From contig CM000151.3 of NCBI GenBank assembly GCA_000004695.1, forward strand, positions 3,840,001 through 3,904,000: a stretch of DNA of 64,000 bases, given 5' to 3'. How positions within the stretch are numbered: the stretch's first letter is position 1; every line of letters begins with the position of its first letter. This stretch comes from Dictyostelium discoideum (lineage: Eukaryota). The position numbers and the translations under genes were made by a program. Under the pieces are notes generated by a model, which had not been told where the DNA came from, did no database searches, and saw only the letters and a list, made by a program, of their open reading frames with translations. Below, in pieces: positions 56,937 to 64,000 of the stretch.

Positions 56937-58029
56937 GACAAAATGAAAATAATTTGAATTTTTTTGAACCTGCTAAAATTTTTTTTTTTTTTTTTTTTTT
57001 TAAAAAAATTTTAATTTAATTAAAAAAAAAATTAATAAAAATATGCACCAATTTAAGGTATGTTTGATGATCAAATGTTTTTTTTTTTTTTATTACTTTT
57101 TTTTTTTTTGATAAAAATTAAAATAAATAAAATAAAAATCTCTAAATTTTTATTTATTATAAATGGCTATTATAATTGTCTTTTTTTTTTTTTTTAGAAA
57201 AAAAAAAAAAAAAAGTTAACCAATGAAAAATAAAAAAAAAAAATCTGTGTGTGAAGGTGTTTTTTATTTATTTTTTTTTTTTTTTTTTTTACGATATCAA
57301 TTGTATCTCTTTACCAATAAATTTAAATTTGTAATATAGAAGATACAAATTTAAATAATAGAGTGAGATATTATTTACGATGAATATAAAATAATTATAT
57401 AATAAATCAAGATAACTTAAAATAGAAATAATTTTAAAAATTATTCTTGGAAAATAAAAAGATAGAATAATAATAATAATAAAAAAAACAAAATCCCTCC
57501 TTAATTAATTTAATTAAAAATAAAATGTGATGTGTTTAAATAGTTTTTAAAATTAAAAAAAAATAAAAATAAAAAAAAGATTATCTATAAAGTCAAATTA
57601 TGTATGTATCGATAGAAAAAAAAATATAAAAAAAAGAAAAAAAATAAAAAAAAAATAAAAAAAAATAAAAAATTTTAAAAAAAAAAAAAAAAAATAAAAA
57701 AAAATTCAAAAAGAAGTTCGTTAAATTTTTATAGTGACGTTTGGTTTGTTGTAGAATTTTAAAATAAAACAAATTGTTCAAATAAATTTAGTAAATATCC
57801 TATTTTTTTTATAAATTTTTTTTTTTTTTTTTTTTTTTTTTCAACATATTTATTTTTTATTCTTTTATTATTTGTTACATAATTATTAAAATAAAAAAAA
57901 AAAAATAAAAAAAAATTAATAAAAATAACCATAAGCCAATTAAAAAGTTTTTTTATATTATTGGGATGGAAAATTTATTTACTCCAAACAATTACCACTC
58001 AATTAAAATAAATCTTTGTCTTTTTGACA

Positions 58030-58063
<34 letters not shown>

Positions 58064-58332
58064 TAATTATATGTTTTTAAAGTTTACTATTGAACAATTA
58101 AAATAAAAAAAACCTCTTTATCATGATAACAAAACTTTCTTTTTTTGGCTTAATGGATCGCAGCGAAATTTAGAAAAAAAAAAAAAAAAAAAATTTATTT
58201 TTTATTTATTTTTTTTATTTATTTTTTTTTGTTTTTTTTTTTTTTTAAATTTAAAAAAATTAATTTAATTTTTTTCATTTTTTTTTTTATTTTTCATATT
58301 TATATATAATATTACACCCCATAACTAATAAA

Positions 58333-59683
58333 ATGTCATTCAATTCAAGAATTGAAACTATTTCTCGTCACTTAAGCACTGGACCAATTTTAGAATCAAA
58401 TCCAACTTCTGGATCAGGTAAATATAATTATAAATTTTTTTTTTTTTTATTATTTAAATTATTAATATAATTTATTATTATTTTTTATTATTTTCAAAAA
58501 AAAAAAAAAAAAAAAAACTATAGTTAAATCAGGAGATGATATTGTAATTGTTGCACCATTTCGTACAGCAATTTGTAAAGCTAAAAGAGGAGCATTCAAA
58601 GAGACAGCACCAGATGATTTATTAGCACCAGTTATTAAACATATTATCAAAGTTACCAAATTAGATCCAAAATTAATTGGAGATGTTGTTATGGGAGCAG
58701 TATTACCAAGATCATCACAAGGTGCAACCGAAGTTAGAGTTGCCACATTATTAGCAGGTTTACCAAAGGAAGTACCATGTTATACAGTCAACAGACAATG
58801 TTCATCAGGTTTACAAGCAATTGCCAATTGTGCAGCAGCAGTCAAAGCAGGTTTCTATGACATTGGTTTAGCAGGCGGTGTAGAATCAATGAGTTTAAAT
58901 CCAATGGCATGGGATGGTGGTTTCAACGAGGTTGCCCAAGAGGATCCAATCATTAGTGGTTGTTACAACACTATGGGTCAAACCTCTGAAAATGTCGCAG
59001 AGCGTTTTGGTGTCACCAGAAAAGACCAAGATGAATTCTCTGTAAATTCACACAAGAAGGCAGGTGCCGCCCAAAAAGCAGGTAAATTTGACGATGAAAT
59101 CGTTCCAGTCACCGTAAAGACCGAGGATGGCAAAACCATCGTCGTCGATAAAGACGAAGGTATCCGTGAGAAAACCACCGTTGCAGATTTGGCCAAATTA
59201 AAACCAGCTTTCAAAGAGGGTGGTACAACCACCGCTGGTAACTCTAGTCAAATGAGTGATGGTGCCGCCGCTTGTTTAGTTATGAAAAGAAGTACCGCCG
59301 AAAGATTGGGTCTCAAGGTTGAATTGGTTTTCGTAGCTTTTGCTGCTGTCGGTGTCGAACCATCCATTATGGGTATTGGTCCAGCCGTTGCAATTCCAGC
59401 CGCCTTAAAACAAGCTGGTCTCACCACTAAAGATATCGACGTTTTTGAAATCAATGAAGCTTTTGCTTCTCAAGCATTTTACAGTTGTAAGGTTTTGGGT
59501 TTGGATATGAACAAAGTTAATCCAAATGGCTCTGGTATCGCTTTAGGTCATCCATTAGGTGCTACTGGTGCCCGTCAAATGGCTACCATTTCAAGAGAAT
59601 TACATCGTCGTAAAGGTAAATATGGTGTAATCTCTATGTGTATTGGTACTGGCTTAGGTGCTGCAGCTGTTGTTCGTACAGAT

Positions 59684-59689
<6 letters not shown>
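58333..59689 (+). CDS. 3-ketoacyl-CoA thiolase (ACAA1-like, peroxisomal; PTS2 signal); exons 58333..58417 and 58524..59689
   Basis: Exon 1 reads MSFNSRIETISRHLSTGPILESNPTSGS and contains the PTS2 consensus R-[LVI]-x5-[HQ]-[LA] (RIETISRHL). A GTAAAT donor is in phase 1 and the acceptor is aaaaactatag. Exon 2 reads VKSGDDIVIVAPFRTAICKAKRGAF...VPCYTVNRQCSSGLQAIANCAAAVKAGFYDIGLAGGVESMS...NEAFASQAF...GHPLGATGARQM...CIGTGLGAAAV (thiolase active-site Cys, His and C-terminal Cys motifs). Confidence 0.85.
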
Positions 59690-59716
<27 letters not shown>

Positions 59717-60147
59717 AAAAATAAATAGTTAATTATAAAATTAGTGTAATATAAATATTAGTTTTTTTTAAAAAAATAAAAAATAAACAAAATTACTTGT
59801 TTATCTTTATTTATTTGTATTTTTTTATTATTTGTTTTTTTTAATTAAAACTTAAAATTAGTCACAAAGGATATTAGAGCTTGTACTCACCAGAGAATTT
59901 GCACAGTGGATTACATCAGATTTAAGATTACACAAAATAGCAGTGTTGGGTATGGGGAATTTAAATGTAAATAATAAATAAAAAAAAAAAAAAAAAAAAA
60001 TTAATATAAATAATTATTATTTTTGAAGGATTTTAAATAAAATATAAACAAAAATAAAGGAAAATCCTGGGATTGATATTTTTAATGAATTTTTATTTTA
60101 TTTTATTTTTAATTTTATTTTTAGTTTTTAGTTTTTATTTTGATTAT

Positions 60148-60986
60148 TTATGGATCTTCTTTATTATAACAAACATGATTCCATAAAGAAGAATGAGATT
60201 TTTCACCAACGGTACCATCTAAATTTTGGAATTCATAAACGAAATAAACTGAAAATTTATAAAGCATTTCATCACCAAAATGTCTTGTATTAAATTCTCT
60301 ACAAATGTATTTACCATGTTCAAGTCTAAGAGCATCACTATTACCTTGATTGTAACCATTTTCATAATATTTAAACCATCTATGATTTCCATAAGATTTA
60401 TAGAATGGATCAGGTTTTTCAAAGTTTACAACGGTATTAATTTCAAATTTGAACATACCTTCATCCTTGAATAATTCAACCTTTGTACCATCATCCAATT
60501 CACCATGGATTACATGCCACCAATGGGTTTTTGGAGGTGCAGGACTAAACATGTTCCAACCTTGGTCCAATCTGAAAATGTAAGCGAATTGATTCCAAGA
60601 ATAGTCATAACCAAGATTAATTTTAAATACATTCAAATTGTATGCTAATAAAAAGTAACAAATGAATAACATCCAAATGTTATTTACTATTCCATAGATA
60701 CGTGATGTTGGTGATGCTGGATATCTTCTCTTTTGATATGGTGTTCTCTTTCCACCAGACATAATTTGTTTCTGTTGTGAACGACTATGAATAACTTGAC
60801 AAATATTTGAGAAAACATTACAAACTCCATTTGGTATATAACTACATGCCATTGATAATGGTAATAATAATATAGATTTACTTAAAATAAAATTCAATGC
60901 ATAAATATTTCTCTTTCTAATACCATTTGCATCAATTGTAACTAACCAATCATCACCAACTAAATCTTTTTTACCAAATAAATTCA

Positions 60987-61022
<36 letters not shown>

Positions 61023-62255
61023 GATTATTATGATGTAACATATTAATATTATGATTTTGATTACCACTGTTCTTTTGATGTAAATTACCACCTCTACGAC
61101 GACCATGGGATCTATCAAAATCATCATTTTCATCATCACCATCATCATTGTCTGAATGATCATTTGATGATGATGATGATCCACTTAATGAATAAGCAAC
61201 AGTATTATTAGTTGCAATACCATTTGTAGTGATGGTTGTTGAATTTGTTGCTGTTGTTGTTGGAGTTATTGGTGAAACATTAATTGAATCTTCTTGATTA
61301 ATCATTTGTTCTAATGGTGAGAAAATTGCATGACCGGGTATAATGAAAAATGTTTTCAATGCTAATGCTATTCTTTGACTAAATGGGCTAGTTGTATTAT
61401 AATAAACTCTTGTAGCACGTTGACCTTTTAATATCTTTTTATCAGTCCATTTAAAGAATATTTCCCATGCTAGTGTTGGTATATTAATTAATTGAGCACC
61501 AGCTGTAACGAAAAAGAATAAACCCAAACGTAAACACATTACAAATCCAGCATGCATTGCAATAAATCCAAATGCTCCAAATAATCTACACCAATCTGAA
61601 TAAAATGGTGAAATTAAAAAGAAAATTCCAATTAATTCCCATTTTGCAACTGCAATTGTTAATAATCTTTTTTTTTTTAAAAATAAAATAAAAATAATTA
61701 ATATATTTTTCAATTATAAAATTAATAAACTATTTATATAAATATAAAAAAAAAAAAAAAAAAAAAGAATTTACCTTAATGGAGTACGGAAATGTAATAG
61801 GAATTTTGCGAAATCAGTTGCGAAATAGTCAAGTGTAATTGCATAGAAAGTTGCTTCACCATTTTTCCATTCAACACCAGTTTTATGAAAATAGGAAGTA
61901 CAATACATTAAACCCATTTGTAAAAGTATAGCAAAAGTACCAAATGAAAGGAAACGATAACTATCAGGATCTTTCATTGATTGATGATTATTCTTTTCTT
62001 CTGAATTAATTATATTAATTTCAATACCAGTTTCATCACTACCACCGCCATTTGAATGTAATAATGATTGACTTTCTTGTTGTTGTTGAATTTGTAATGG
62101 TGATAATGGTGGTTGTTGAATTTGTAATTGTTGAATTTGATCATTTTGTAATTGTTGTTGGTGTTGTTGATCATTTTGTTGTGGTAATGGTAATGATGGA
62201 TCAGGATCTGATAAATTAATAGCAGCAATATTATTATTATTACCACCAATAGCAA

Positions 62256-62289
<34 letters not shown>

Positions 62290-62832
62290 TGATAAACTTG
62301 GACGTCTTGAAGGTGGATCATTAAAGAAAGTAGCGGTATCAAATGCAAAGTAATTAGCAGTTGGTATGAAAATATTTAAAAATAACATCATACGAAAGAA
62401 AACATCACCGCCATGACCAACTATACCAACGTAAGCTTGTAATGAAATGGTCATGAACCAAGTTAGAATTGAGAATAGTTTTGTACGGTATCCAACCATC
62501 ATACATAATGCAAATACTATATGTAAAGCGAATAGGAATGCTTGAAACACCACCGATGTATTGATTAAATGAATTGGTGCAAAATAGTTACTACTGAATC
62601 GGCTAACAATTAAATGACGTGGCATCATACCATATTCTGAATACATCACTCTAAGATCGGTTGAACGTTCAATAACATCTCCAATCACACATAATGCCAT
62701 AGTAACACGAAATAATGCTAATGATCTATAATCCATACCAAACATCAACATTAATTTATGTTGTATCTTTTTCAATGTATTTTTTGAAATTGAGTTCTTT
62801 AAAGATGTTGGTGCTTTCTTCATTTTACCCAT
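60148..62832 (-). CDS. HTTM-domain protein (vitamin K-dependent gamma-carboxylase-like multipass membrane protein); exons about 61775..62832 and 60148..61666
   Basis: The N-terminus reads GMDYRSLALFRVTMALCVIGDVIER (HTTM signature D-x-R-S-L-A-x-F-R). Multiple hydrophobic helices occur in both ORFs. A GTAAAT donor follows ...RTPLR (phase 2) and the acceptor is ttttttttaaaaaag (61667-61668). Exon 2 continues RLLTIAVAKWELIGIFFLISPFYSDWCRLFGAFGFIAMHAGF... A poly-N/Q linker sits mid-protein. Confidence 0.62.
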
Positions 62833-64000
62833 TTTTATTGTATATATAGATATATATATAGATATATATCTATCTATCTATCTATCTATATACAATATGT
62901 ATATATGTTATATTAATTTATCTTTTGATTAAATATTATTATCTTATTGTTATTATTATTATTATTATTATTATTTATTTCTATTGTTATTATTAATATT
63001 ACTAATTTAATTCATATAAATATTATATGAATATTATTGCTTCTATTAATTTGTATTTTTTTTTTTTTTTTTTAAGGAAAATAAAATAATTTAAATTAGT
63101 AATTATTAATATTACAATATAAATAGAATTTGTTTTGTTTTTTTTTAATATTTTTTTATTTTTTTTTATTTTTAATTTTTTTTTTTTTTTAAAATACAAA
63201 AAAAAAAAAATTAAAATAAATAAATAAATAAATAAATAAATAAATTAAATGTGTGTATGTTGGTATGATTTTTTTTATTTTTTTGATCATTTTTTTTTTT
63301 TTTTTCTCTTCTATAGTACATTTATATACGTTAAGATAAATAAAAAAAAAAAATTTGTATGTGTTTTTAATTTAAATTCCACTGTTGTTATTGGAAAACA
63401 CACATTAACACAGGTGTAAATTGCCTTTGAGTTTAAAAAAATGAAAAATTTTGTAATATTTAAGAATTTTTTACACACACACGTACACTGTACCCCCTCC
63501 CCCACTATATAATACATATACATCACAATTATATTTATTTATTTTTTTTTTTTTTAATTTATATTTTTTATTTTTTTTTTTAAACAAGTATAACAAAAAA
63601 AAAAAAATATAAAAAAAAAGAGTATTGTGCAATGATACTACAAGTTATTGTATTTTTTTAAATCATTGTTGTTTTTTTTTTATTTTTATTTTCAATTTTT
63701 TTTTTTTTTTTATTTTTTTTTTTATAACATTTGATTTATTTTATATATTATTTTTGAGAGTTTATTTATTTATTTTATTAATGAAAAAAGTGAAGATTTT
63801 ATGTATATCTATTTTTATATTCTTTTACCTTTTTTTATTGGTGGTATTTGATAAAAAAAAAAAAAATATATTAAAATATGAATTAAAAATAAAAAGTCGT
63901 TTTTTTTTTTTTTTTAATAAAACTAAATTAATTAAAGTTTTATTAAAAAAAAAATCAAAATCAAACTTTTTTTTTTAATTTTTTTTTTTTTTTTTTTTTT

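Noticed and set aside
53019-56957. Multiple plus-strand ORFs (poly-V/L/I/H, 84-201 aa) opposite the DBC1-like gene
   Set aside because: They are antisense translations of (CAA)n/(AAT)n/(ATGAAT)n repeats, with no start context or homology.
63311-63978. Two short ORFs in the 3'-most kilobase
   Set aside because: They translate A/T homopolymer-rich intergenic DNA (poly-F/K), with no coding signal.

Overview
This window reads as nuclear DNA from a Dictyostelium-like social amoeba. Overall A+T is about 75-80%, coding islands are less A+T-rich, intergenic DNA is almost pure A/T with long homopolymer runs, and poly-N/Q/T/S codon tracts and trinucleotide microsatellites are everywhere. Introns are short (70-230 nt), A/T-only, with GTAAGT/GTATGT donors and (T)nAG acceptors. 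It is not a prokaryotic locus, so there is no operon-type system to report; what it contains is a dense array of about 27 spliced protein genes plus one retrotransposon/tRNA landmark. In order: a Stealth-family GlcNAc-1-phosphotransferase-like gene, a SAC3/GANP gene, a roughly 5.3 kb tRNA-targeted non-LTR retrotransposon next to tRNA-Gln(UUG), a COMM-domain gene, a USP48-like deubiquitinase, an STE20-family kinase, dolichyldiphosphatase, an ADF-H protein, Nup62, glutaryl-CoA dehydrogenase, a bromodomain protein, an ABCA transporter, a PITP gene, a secreted cyclophilin-like protein, the Aquarius helicase, V-ATPase subunit D, a head-to-head pair of paralogous repeat-protein genes, a DBC1/CCAR-like protein, a PTS2 3-ketoacyl-CoA thiolase and an HTTM-domain protein. 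Gene models were built by hand from the ORF track plus splice-site and homology reasoning. Exon boundaries are approximate (+-2 nt, and I found at least one off-by-one in my own coordinate bookkeeping). Domain calls rest on recognised motifs, not database searches. The most interesting points are the retrotransposon with its flanking duplication and an internal 85-bp duplication that breaks ORF2, the divergent pair of periodic-repeat genes sharing one promoter, an Aquarius intron with no canonical donor, and several cryptic micro-exons.
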